Positions 11,162 to 20,315 of a DNA stretch of 64,000 bases are shown piece after piece (the stretch's first letter is position 1; the number at the start of each line of letters is the position of its first letter). The position numbers were made by a program, and so were the translations under genes. A model generated the notes under the pieces. That model was not told the origin of the DNA and made no database searches. It was given only the letters and a program-made list of their open reading frames with translations. This DNA comes from an uncultured Ignavibacteriaceae bacterium (GTDB lineage Bacteria > Bacteroidota > Ignavibacteria > UBA10030 > BY39): the NCBI GenBank assembly GCA_964437735.1, contig CAYTID010000001.1, forward strand, positions 8,169 through 72,168, in the 5' to 3' direction.

Positions 11162-11420
11162 GGGTTGGTTGAAAATTTATGATTTAATATATAAAAAGTG
11201 AGATAAATTTCAAAATGCATGAATTGAAAATTATTTTACATCTGCTTCTCTATTAAAATATTTTTTTATGTTGGTTTGTCTGATCTCTGGTAGAATAATT
11301 TTCGTGATAGAACAAAAACGGAATACATTCGCTCCTCTTCTATTGTCAGTTCGTATTGCCTTTAGTCCGTCTCACGAAGTTGACCAGAAATCTCGTTCCG
11401 ATTCTTTAATTGGAACGGAC

Positions 11421-11470
11421 CACTCGTCCTCCTCTCCGGGTTGGTTGAAAATTTATGATTTAATATTAAA
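11421..11470. repeat. Direct repeat copy 2 (partner at 11145-11194): about 50 bp, comprising 35 identical nt plus a diverged copy of the first about 18 nt of tRNA-Ser
   Basis: 11432-11466 is identical to 11156-11190 (ctctccgggttggttgaaaatttatgatttaatat). 11421-11431 resembles tRNA-Ser positions 1-18 with 2-3 mismatches. Confidence 0.6.
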
Positions 11471-11518
11471 ATGGTTTAAACGCCCCGACCTCGTGAGCTT
11501 TTGATCAGCCTAGTAATC

Positions 11519-11785
11519 TCATGGAAAATAACGATAGATATCTTTTCGATGTAGGACTCTTTCAAAAATTAATTTATCATCCTCAAATTTCAGCCCCACT
11601 CGATATGAGCCTAAACGAACTTTAAAATAATCCGGATAGCCCTTCATTCTCTCAATCTTTGGAGTGTCTAAAATAGTTTTTAACGAAGAGTAATCTACGA
11701 AGATAAAAGTTTCAATCTCCTTCCTAATAGGGGACGGAATCTTAGAAAGTTCTTTGAGAAACCGCTTCCTATATTCGACTTTCAC
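11519..11785 (-). CDS. Type II toxin, RelE/ParE (plasmid-stabilisation) superfamily
   Basis: 88 aa. The C-terminal pattern ...KFEDDKLIFERVLHRKDIYRYF is typical of RelE/ParE-family toxins. 4-nt overlap with the upstream small antitoxin-like ORF. Confidence 0.65.
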   Translation of the reverse strand: MKVEYRKRFLKELSKIPSPIRKEIETFIFVDYSSLKTILDTPKIERMKGYPDYFKVRLGSYRVGLKFEDDKLIFERVLHRKDIYRYFP

Positions 11786-11985
11786 TTTTGCTTATCTAAA
11801 TTTCGGTAAAAGGTTTTTGCTTCAGCAATAGAAAGTTTTTCATCATTTTCTACTTCCTTCATCAATTGGACCAATCCATAGTTCTCCAAAATTTCCTCAA
11901 TTTTTTCAAATGTTCTGATATCAAGTTGGACTGCAACTTTTTTATTGTTTTCATCGACGATGTATGTTTTTGGAATATCAGTCAT
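11782..11985 (-). CDS. Putative antitoxin partner of the RelE/ParE-like toxin (start moved to MTDIPKTY...; RBS aggaaa upstream)
   Basis: 67 aa acidic protein immediately upstream of the toxin and overlapping it. KVAVQLDIRTFEKIEEILE...LSIAEAKTFY resembles the small antitoxins that accompany RelE-like toxins in Bacteroidota and cyanobacteria. The longer 98-aa reading has no RBS. Confidence 0.5.
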   Translation of the reverse strand: MTDIPKTYIVDENNKKVAVQLDIRTFEKIEEILENYGLVQLMKEVENDEKLSIAEAKTFYRNLDKQK

Positions 11986-12085
11986 AATTATTTCCTTTCG
12001 AAAGCAATATACGGAATAAGCCTGTTTTGAGCAAACTATTTTAGTTTTTAGCCTATTTCCCTCAATTCTGCGAAACACTCTTATA

Positions 12086-12976
12086 TCATCTCAAAAATAA
12101 AATGGCCACACCTGCGACAGCCAAGAAGGCACCCATAATAGCATTCCCGGATAGTTTTTCTTTATAAATATATCTGACCATCGGCAACATGATAATTGGA
12201 ACAAGCGCCATAATCGTTGCTGCTATTCCTACTTTAGTATATTCGATTGCAAAAAGACTGAATGAAATCCCTAAGAAGGGACCAAGAACCGCTCCTAATG
12301 CAGTTAGACCAAACGCTTTCCTATCCTGAATGTACATAATCACCGGATTTTTATATCGTTTTGTCATCAATGCAACCGGTAATAAAAAAATTAAGGACGA
12401 AATAATGCGGATCTCAGTTGCAACAAATCCATTCAGTTCGCCTTCATTGAAAGCCATTTTTGCAAAGATTAATCCTGCTCCCTGACCAACAGCACCGAGA
12501 AAGGCATATAAAATTCCTGAGGGCTTAATAATATTTTTTTCTTTCGTTTTTTGACTTCGCGCAAAAACCACAATACTGATTCCGAAAACAGTAAGCGATA
12601 TTCCGGCTATTCCGAATACTGATAAAGTTTCATCCAATATGAAAAATGCAAGTACAGCCGCTATAGCCGGTGCGAGCGACATCATCAGCATACTTATCCG
12701 GGCGCCGACTTCTCTGAATGCTTTAAACAAAAACGTGTCGCCCAATGTCAGTCCTATAAAACCACTGATACCAAGATTGATGATTTGACTTTTAGTTAGA
12801 TTAATATTGAGTTGTGCAACGATAATTAATATTGCAAGATATATTGCCCCCAATATCAGGCGCGTGATATTTACTTGAAATGATCCGGCACGTTTAGTTG
12901 CAGCAGCAAATGCAATCGAGCCTCCTGACCAAAGAAAGGCTGTTAATAATGCACTTAATTCACCAATAAATGGCAT
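12086..12976 (-). CDS. DMT-superfamily (EamA-like) transporter, about 10 TM
   Basis: Two similar 5-TM halves; hydrophobic throughout. 296 aa. Confidence 0.75.
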   Translation of the reverse strand: MPFIGELSALLTAFLWSGGSIAFAAATKRAGSFQVNITRLILGAIYLAILIIVAQLNINLTKSQIINLGISGFIGLTLGDTFLFKAFREVGARISMLMMSLAPAIAAVLAFFILDETLSVFGIAGISLTVFGISIVVFARSQKTKEKNIIKPSGILYAFLGAVGQGAGLIFAKMAFNEGELNGFVATEIRIISSLIFLLPVALMTKRYKNPVIMYIQDRKAFGLTALGAVLGPFLGISFSLFAIEYTKVGIAATIMALVPIIMLPMVRYIYKEKLSGNAIMGAFLAVAGVAILFLR

Positions 12977-12995
12977 CAGTTATTTTCCCTTTTAT

Positions 12996-13334
12996 TTATC
13001 TGACATTATAGTTTAATTCCTGTAACTTTTCTTTAACACGTAAAAGTTGTTCTCCCTGAATTTCTATATTTCCTTCTTTTACTGTTCCACCTGCACCGCA
13101 ATGTTGTTTTAACATTTTTGCAATTTCTTCGACAACCGTAGGACTATGTTTCAAACCGGATATGATCGTTACTATTTTTCCTTTCCTTCCGTTTTTTTCG
13201 ATATATACTCTTACAACTTTTCCTTTACCATCATGCTTAATATTTCGGGAATTTTCCGAAATCTTAATCCGCTCCGTGTCGGGAAGAAATGTCTCCAGGT
13301 CTGATAGAGATTTCAGTATTTTTTTCTGCTCCAT
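12996..13334 (-). CDS. yciH: SUI1/eIF1-family translation initiation factor (YciH-like)
   Basis: 112 aa. GKGKVVRVYIEKNGRKGKIVTIISGL...NIEIQGEQ matches the SUI1 fold signature. Confidence 0.8.
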   Translation of the reverse strand: MEQKKILKSLSDLETFLPDTERIKISENSRNIKHDGKGKVVRVYIEKNGRKGKIVTIISGLKHSPTVVEEIAKMLKQHCGAGGTVKEGNIEIQGEQLLRVKEKLQELNYNVR

Positions 13335-13362
13335 TTTGTAATAATTTATAATTTATTATAAT

Positions 13363-13396
13363 AAAAAAAAACCTCTCCGATTATTCACCGAAGAGG
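13363..13396 (-). terminator. Rho-independent terminator ending the 13.4-24.8 kb surface-protein operon
   Basis: Stem cctctccg/cgaagagg (8 bp, 1 mismatch) at 13372-13396. On the minus strand it is followed by U9 (A9 on plus at 13363-13371). Confidence 0.55.
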
Positions 13397-13421
13397 TTAA
13401 TATTTTCCGGGTTCGAATAAT

Positions 13422-14516
13422 TTATCTATCTGTCGATAAACGGAATCTTCTTACCATATTGTTGCCGCTATCTGCGACATATAGTGTTTTTCCTAAGAAT
13501 GTAACTCCTTTGGGCGATTTGAATGAAGGTCTGTTTAAACTTGCCAGCATGCTTTTCCCGAACGATTCAGGTTTATATCTCCCTCTCCTGTCAAACTTTA
13601 CTAAACTATCAAGCGCCGAGTCAACCATAAATATATCAAGTCTTGCCCTATCGATTGTTACAGATGTCGCTTCTTCAAATCTGGTTGGTTTTATGAAATC
13701 AATATATCTTTCTTCCGGTTTTGCAGGATTAAATTTGGGCAGCCAACCGTCAAATTCCGCATTTTTTTGATATATCATCCATAAAGCCCCATATATAATC
13801 TGTCCATCGGCTGAACTCTGACTCAAAACAAAATCATTACTATTCGGAAATGTAACTATACCTGTTGTCCGTAAAATATCGGTAATTCCTGAACCTGCAC
13901 GAGTCGATAAATCACCCACTGGCGTTATTAATTTATCATTACTTCCAAACAATAATACCCTTGTGTCGGGATCAATGAAACTGGCATTATCGGCTCCATC
14001 GCGAACGACTAGATATTGATTGTTCTGAAGGAGTCCAATTCCTCGAAATCTTCGTCTTGGTTTAGCGGTTTCCCGATATATTGTATCTAACCTTGCCTGT
14101 GCGAGATGGTGAGCCGCTTCGAATAATTTTATTCTGAAAATTGCTCCAATAGTATCACCGTTTGCGGGATTGATCATCTCACCCGAAACAAGTAAATCTA
14201 ATCGAAGGTCTTGTGATATCGCGATGGGTTTTAAGATTGATCTGGTTTCTAATATTACACCAGCTTCGTTCATTTGAATAATTCGGTTATTATCAGTATC
14301 TGCGATATAGATAAGCTGGTCGTACCCGGCAAACAGTGCCGTAGGATTATTAAATCCTGTAAATGGTGGAACAATTTCAATATATGTTGTATCACCAACA
14401 TTAATAATCGTTCCAACCGGTAAATTGGCAAGATCAAATTTTTCCTGACATCCGATAGCCAAAAATGTAATCAGGATGATTGTGATTGTTGAAATTTGTT
14501 TAATTTTTTTTCTCAT
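13422..14516 (-). CDS. Lipoprotein with NHL-type beta-propeller repeats
   Basis: Lipobox LAIGC after the signal peptide. Repeated LY(I/V)ADxxNNR(I/V) motifs (LIYIADTDNNRIIQM, LYVADSGNNMVRRF). Confidence 0.6.
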   Translation of the reverse strand: MRKKIKQISTITIILITFLAIGCQEKFDLANLPVGTIINVGDTTYIEIVPPFTGFNNPTALFAGYDQLIYIADTDNNRIIQMNEAGVILETRSILKPIAISQDLRLDLLVSGEMINPANGDTIGAIFRIKLFEAAHHLAQARLDTIYRETAKPRRRFRGIGLLQNNQYLVVRDGADNASFIDPDTRVLLFGSNDKLITPVGDLSTRAGSGITDILRTTGIVTFPNSNDFVLSQSSADGQIIYGALWMIYQKNAEFDGWLPKFNPAKPEERYIDFIKPTRFEEATSVTIDRARLDIFMVDSALDSLVKFDRRGRYKPESFGKSMLASLNRPSFKSPKGVTFLGKTLYVADSGNNMVRRFRLSTDR

Positions 14517-14523
14517 AATTCAA

Positions 14524-15549
14524 TCAATATGTAAATAGTAATGAAATTCTGTGAACACCGCCTAAGCGGTTAAAATTAGCGTATGCATAGTCAACATTAA
14601 TTTTTGCAATACTTATTGGAACCTGAACTCCGCCACCAAGAGTTATATCTTCTTCAGACGTTCCATCTTTACCGAGTACCTTTTCACCGATAGTTCTTTT
14701 AAAACCGGCACGGACAAAAAACATTTCATTCCAGGAATATTCAGCGCCTAAACGTATATTTTCAGCGTTATCGTTCGGATGGTTCAACTGCACCGACGTT
14801 GTTATTCTTTGATTTTCTGTTTGTAATGGTTCGAATGCCAAACCCATTTTAAACATTGTAGGTGGTGAAAAAGATTGAAACTTATCGACTTCTGTTCCGT
14901 CATAAAGAGGAGCGCTTCCGGTTGGCGAAACATCATTCCCGAAATTGGAGACCACTACTGCAAAACGCATTGAACCTAAACCAGTCCAATAATAAGTTCC
15001 GAGATCTACGAGTACACTGCGCATCTTTAATACGTCCAAGGTTTCTTCAATATATTTAACGGTTGCACCAAAACTAAACTGATTTGTCAGTTGTCGTGAA
15101 TAAGTAAACCCTAAAGCCAGGTCACTGTATCTAAACATCCTTCCTGTTCCAAACGGATTTGTTTCGTTTGTAACTTTCATATCATCAGTAGTTAGTGAAA
15201 TCAAACTCACGCCGATAATATCGGATGAGGTAAGCTTATACGCTGCGCCTACGAAATTGTGATTGATATCGGCAACATAACTTGTGTGAGAAAGAATAAG
15301 CTGATTCCCCGGAATGCTTACCAAGCCTGCCGGATTCCAGAAAAGAGCTGACGCATCGTTAGCAACTGCAACAAACGATTCTGCGTATGCAGTAGCTCGA
15401 GCATCGACTCCGATTTTTAAAAACTGATAAGCGGAAATACCGACTCTCTGTCCGCCCAAGTTAGGAATTAATTGTGAAAATACACATGTCTGCATTAAAA
15501 CAATTGCTGAAAATAAAATTAAGATTCTCTTGTATTTACTTTTATTCAT
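14524..15549 (-). CDS. FadL/PorV-like outer-membrane beta-barrel (hydrophobic-compound channel family)
   Basis: Signal peptide. N-terminal ...ARATAYAESFVAVANDASALFWNPAGL resembles the conserved FadL-family N-terminal hatch region with its NPA motif. C-terminal aromatic residue (…LLFTY). Confidence 0.55.
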   Translation of the reverse strand: MNKSKYKRILILFSAIVLMQTCVFSQLIPNLGGQRVGISAYQFLKIGVDARATAYAESFVAVANDASALFWNPAGLVSIPGNQLILSHTSYVADINHNFVGAAYKLTSSDIIGVSLISLTTDDMKVTNETNPFGTGRMFRYSDLALGFTYSRQLTNQFSFGATVKYIEETLDVLKMRSVLVDLGTYYWTGLGSMRFAVVVSNFGNDVSPTGSAPLYDGTEVDKFQSFSPPTMFKMGLAFEPLQTENQRITTSVQLNHPNDNAENIRLGAEYSWNEMFFVRAGFKRTIGEKVLGKDGTSEEDITLGGGVQVPISIAKINVDYAYANFNRLGGVHRISLLFTY

Positions 15550-15568
15550 TTATCAATCCTTAAAATTT

Positions 15569-18420
15569 TTAAAACCTGAATGATATACCAAGTTTATAAG
15601 TTCGTGGATTCAGATATCGCGCCGGATTATACGGGAATGGTTCGATAGGCGCTGTTAAATCAGGATATAACGGATCATTCCAGTCAAAGGGTGTCTCCTG
15701 ACCATACTCATAAGCCGTACCGGTAACAGGATTTATTATTTGTGAGTTTTTATTATTCAGTACGTTTTGTATTTCAAACGATAATACAAATTTACCAAAA
15801 CCTAAATTCAAATATTTTTCAATATTCATATCGATGTAAAACCAGTTACTTCCAATTTGACTGAATGGATTTTCCCGGTCTCTCCTGTATTCCGGTCTCC
15901 CGGTAATCGGATCATATCTATTAAAAATATAAGGTGTATATCTTTTACCTGATTGGAAGAATAGTCTGGTGTAAATATTATAATCGTCTAAAATTCCGTT
16001 TCCGAAATCGAACAATGCTTTATTTTTGGCGACGTAAAAATTGATATTAGCCGAACCCTGGAAAGGACGATCCCAAACAACATAGCTTTCTTTCAGATTT
16101 TCTTCCAGCCCTTGCTGTATGTTGAACGCCGATTCATTTGCAGATGAACTCTTTCCTGTAGCAATACTGTACGAACCGGATAGTGTAGCTCTGATCATTT
16201 TGCCGATTCTCGTCTTGTATTCTAATTCGAGACCTCTTATTCTTGCATAGTCCTGATTTATATAAATAGTGTAAAAGCCGCGTGTCGTACCCGAAATGAT
16301 TGCGCGAAATTGTTTTGCAGTGATATAATCGAAAATATCTTTATAATATGCGGTTACTGTAAAGACGTCGTTTTCTGTTATTTGATTTCTTAAACCAAGT
16401 TCGTAAGCAACTGTAGTTTCAGGGTTAAGATTTGGATTTCCGATAGTTTGAAATGATGATCTTGATTTTGATCCTTTTAATTTAGCATAAACAAACTGAG
16501 GACGCGGCAATTTCGAAAAATGTCCATATGAGAAAAATAATGTTTGGTTATCGGTTACAGGATGAGAAATTCCTAAACGTGGACTAATACGGGCTTTCCA
16601 ATTTTGTCCGAATAATTTATAGCTCTCCTTCAAATAATTTTCTTGGATAACTTTGGGAACTAAAACCGCGGTTTCATTCTTGATCGCATCGTCAACATAC
16701 TTTCCTGGGAACCAGTAATCCATACGTAAGCCGAAATTCAATATCATTCCACTCATCTTTATTGCATCTTGAGCATAGATAGCTCCAAACGCCGGATATA
16801 CGCTATATATATCATTATCAAAACCTAACGGTCGTATCCATGGTTGATGTATATCCACAAGCTGCATATCCTGGAAACGCATTTCAATTCCGGATTTAAT
16901 TTTGTGTGCGTCCGACGGGTTGCTTGTAAGATCAAATTTTATTGTCCATTCATTCAATGAATGATCCCGCCATGTGGATGGAGATCCATAATCGAAAAAT
17001 CCATCACCGGGTATTATATATACAGTATCCCTTGAATTCGGATTTGGAAAGAAATATTCAACGGGATAAGTTACAATGTCTTTAGGTTCCTGATACTGAT
17101 CCCATAACCTACCGTTCGCATCACCACGGACGTGAGCAGAATAAAAACTGACTCTAAAATCATAGAAAGTTTTTGTGCTTAGTGTGTGAGTCAGATTAAA
17201 ACTTTGTTGTTGATTTATTTGAGTGAATGTATTTGCGCTATCGGGTATGTTCTGAAATAAAAACTGATAACCCGGATTTGGCTCTATCCTATCCAATGTT
17301 GCTTGAATCGCCTGTGAGTTTTGATCTATCTGAACGCTTTGGCTGAAAGTATATCCAAGTTTGATTGTACCGATCGGTCTGTATGTTAATTTTCCTAATG
17401 TAGAATAACTATTACTCCTTCGCGGTGCAAACTTTGTTCCTTCATAAATTGATGAAAACAATCCTTTTGGGGCTAAAACTTTCCAGCCACTTGGTTGCCC
17501 CTTTTCTAGAATTTCAACCCATCTGGTATAACCATCTGTAAGGTTTGCATAAAAATTTGTGAAAAAACTAATCTTGCCAGGTATTTCTATCCCCACAGCC
17601 GGGAGAATAAAAGTTGTTAAAGGTTCAGGTCCGGATAAATTAAATTCATATACACTGGTATTAAAATTCGAGACTGAGTTTTTATTAAATCCAAGATTAT
17701 CTCGTTTGTGCCCTAAAGATCCGGAAAAATTTGATGTTCCTTCTTTTGTTGTGATATTCACAACGCCGGATGTAGCCTGGCCATATTCGGCATTATATCC
17801 TCCGGTTAATACCTCGACTTCTGCTATTGCCTGAGGTGCGATTTGCAAACCAAATCCTCTGCCTGCTAAAGGATCCTGCACAGAGACACCATCGATAAGG
17901 TATGCGTTTTCGTAACTTCTGCCTCCACGTATATGAATTTCATTATCAGATTGAACAACACCTGTTTGCAGCGACACAACATCACGGACGTCCTTTACGA
18001 CAGCCATCTGTATATCTTCACTCGTTATCGCTCTGCGGCTTCCGGTTTCCTCAATGTTAAATAATGGTTTCTCACCGATAATAATAACCTCTTGTCCGAC
18101 TGTCAATACCGTTTCTTCTAATTTTACATTCAGGTTAGTTGCTTCATTCGGATTGATTTTAATTCCGGTGTTTGAACCTGCTTATAACCAAGAAGCGTAA
18201 TTTCAACAGTGTAAGATCCGGGAGTTATATTTGTTATTGTAAATTTCCCATCGAAATCAGTTGCCGCACCGTAATATGTTCCTTTTATAATAACATTTAC
18301 ACTTGGCAGTGTCTCGTTAGTAGCTTTATCAACAACTTTTCCGGACAAAGTTCCTTTATATTGAGCGAGAAGAAACTGTGTACTAAATATAAAAAACAAA
18401 ATAACTAATAATTTTTTCAT
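15569..18420 (-). pseudogene. TonB-dependent receptor (CarboxypepD_reg-like N-domain, plug, 22-strand barrel) interrupted by a 1-nt frameshift
   Basis: The 96-aa ORF 18130-18420 has a signal peptide and the CarboxypepD_reg motif (GKVVDKATNETLPSVNVIIKGTYYGAATDFDGKFTI). The 845-aa ORF 15569-18106 has the plug (AITSEDIQ...IRGG...YLIDGV) and barrel, with C-terminal ...ISFRF. The two frames overlap at 18130-18181. Adding one A to the A4 run (T4 on the plus strand at 18157-18160) gives the continuous sequence ...YKQVQTPELKINPNEATNLNVKLEETVLTVGQEVIIIG. Confidence 0.7.
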
Positions 18421-18461
18421 AGAGTTTTATTCTAATTTATTTTCAATTTCTATTCTAATTA

Positions 18462-20246
18462 CTAACCGCCAAATTCATCAATGAACACACGTTTAAGAAA
18501 AGCGGGAACACCCTGCCCCTTCACACCCGGACGATCGGTCCATACCTTGTCATAACCGTTCATAAGGTGCAATGGTAAACTTAAAAACACAAAACTTTTT
18601 GCATCATCCATAACTCCAATATTTACACGCCCGGTCCAGAATGCTGCCGGTGGTACTCGACCCGGTACTGGTGGTATTGATAAAATATATTTTGCATCGG
18701 CTCTTTTTATTATGGCGCGAACGTTTAATGAATGTGATCCGCCTTGAGTCGCTGTCGGATTGAATCGTAAAGTTGGAAAAGGTTGTGCAAAACTTACAGA
18801 ATCGGGATAAATGGGCCAATCATTGGGTATTCTTGTATCGATTAAAACAGAACCTATCATATCGACAGGCGCAAAATCAACCAGCGAGCCTCTTGGATCG
18901 CCAAGCCAATTTCCGAACCGCGTTGAATATAAAACTTTTCCTCCTGAACCATTATAAAGGTAAAGTGGAAATTGTGCTATAGCGTGTATGTGAAAATAGT
19001 TATCGGGAATAAAATCAGTAAACCAGAATACAAAATCAAATAATTTAAGAGTCCTTACAAATTGCGGATTAAGGAATTGTGGAACCATTACTCCGGCAGC
19101 TTTGTCAGTCGAGCCGCGGCGTATATCGAGCATATCGAAATTACCAAAATTCCTTGGTGAGCCAATCCCCGGGAATGTATCAATGGCAGCAAAAGCTGAT
19201 TTGTAAAATCCGATGACAGTACTCAAATCTGAAGCTCCATAATTTATTACCGTCAGCAGTTTGCTTGAAGGTTTTTTGACAAACCATTTCCTTGAACCTT
19301 CCGGTAGGGATACTGCCGGACTGAGTTCACCCGCCACATCTTTGGCTTGTAAATAAATTTTATTTGTATCATTCAATCTTAAACCGGGAAGTTCACCGAT
19401 TTTTAGCATAGTCGGAAAAATACCTATATAAACATCTGCAATAACTTCCCCAGTAGCATTATCGGTTCTTGAACGCGGTGCCTCTATTGTAACCATTGTT
19501 TGAGTCGAAGAAAATTCAAACCACTTGGAATTATCATTCGGATTATTCAGGTTAATGCGATAATTTTTTATTGTATTATCGCCATCTAGATCTTTTCCTA
19601 CCCATGAAAATGTTGCGACCGTATAAGTAGTTTCCGGTTGCTGAATTGTTTTGGGCGGATCTGTCGGATTGTTTGGATCAGATGCTTTAGCAAATTCAAC
19701 AATCGGTGGTGAATTTTTTATCGGAAAAATCTGCTTCGCTCCTTTAGAGTCGATAGCGGTGGTAATACCCGATAAATCTACATCCTCACCATCAAGTATT
19801 CCGTTATTATTTTTATCCCAGTAGGGTTTTGGTATAAATCTGATGGTAGCTCCAACATCAATATTCCCCCGGAAGGAATTATCTACAGCTTTTATTACAA
19901 CCTGATACTTTTCTCTCGCTGAAAATAATGGAAATGCTACGAGCGAATCGTTTTTAATTACCCAACTATATCCGACGGTATCGAAAGAGATAGCTGTAAA
20001 CGGACTATCGACTTTGAAATAAGCAAAAAGATATCCTTTAATAAAACCGTCCGGATCTTCGCCCCACCATCTGATGATTTGACGACTGATTGTCGGATTC
20101 AACGTTTGTGTGGAATCTGTTTGAATCCACAAAAATGTTTTTGGCGGAACATTGGGTTTTAAATCGATCGGACTTTCTTTTTTACAGCCAGTATAAAAGA
20201 TCGATAATAGAATTAATATTGGGAGTATTTTTTTAAAATCTGACAT
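18462..20246 (-). CDS. Large hypothetical lipoprotein (about 595 aa)
   Basis: Start chosen at MSDFKKILPILILLSIFYTGC (lipobox), with GGAG 8 nt upstream. No recognised domain. Confidence 0.5.
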   Translation of the reverse strand: MSDFKKILPILILLSIFYTGCKKESPIDLKPNVPPKTFLWIQTDSTQTLNPTISRQIIRWWGEDPDGFIKGYLFAYFKVDSPFTAISFDTVGYSWVIKNDSLVAFPLFSAREKYQVVIKAVDNSFRGNIDVGATIRFIPKPYWDKNNNGILDGEDVDLSGITTAIDSKGAKQIFPIKNSPPIVEFAKASDPNNPTDPPKTIQQPETTYTVATFSWVGKDLDGDNTIKNYRINLNNPNDNSKWFEFSSTQTMVTIEAPRSRTDNATGEVIADVYIGIFPTMLKIGELPGLRLNDTNKIYLQAKDVAGELSPAVSLPEGSRKWFVKKPSSKLLTVINYGASDLSTVIGFYKSAFAAIDTFPGIGSPRNFGNFDMLDIRRGSTDKAAGVMVPQFLNPQFVRTLKLFDFVFWFTDFIPDNYFHIHAIAQFPLYLYNGSGGKVLYSTRFGNWLGDPRGSLVDFAPVDMIGSVLIDTRIPNDWPIYPDSVSFAQPFPTLRFNPTATQGGSHSLNVRAIIKRADAKYILSIPPVPGRVPPAAFWTGRVNIGVMDDAKSFVFLSLPLHLMNGYDKVWTDRPGVKGQGVPAFLKRVFIDEFGG

Positions 20247-20315
20247 TAGTTTCTCCATAATGAGCGAAACATAGTTATCCCGGTGATTAGCCGGGATAAC
20301 TATCATTATTTTCTT

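Noticed and set aside
11268-11504. 78-aa ORF lying between the two tRNA-Ser-associated direct repeats.
   Set aside because: It has no RBS, runs into repeat copy 2, and its translation includes the repeat itself (SSSPGWLKIYDLILK). It is probably non-coding.
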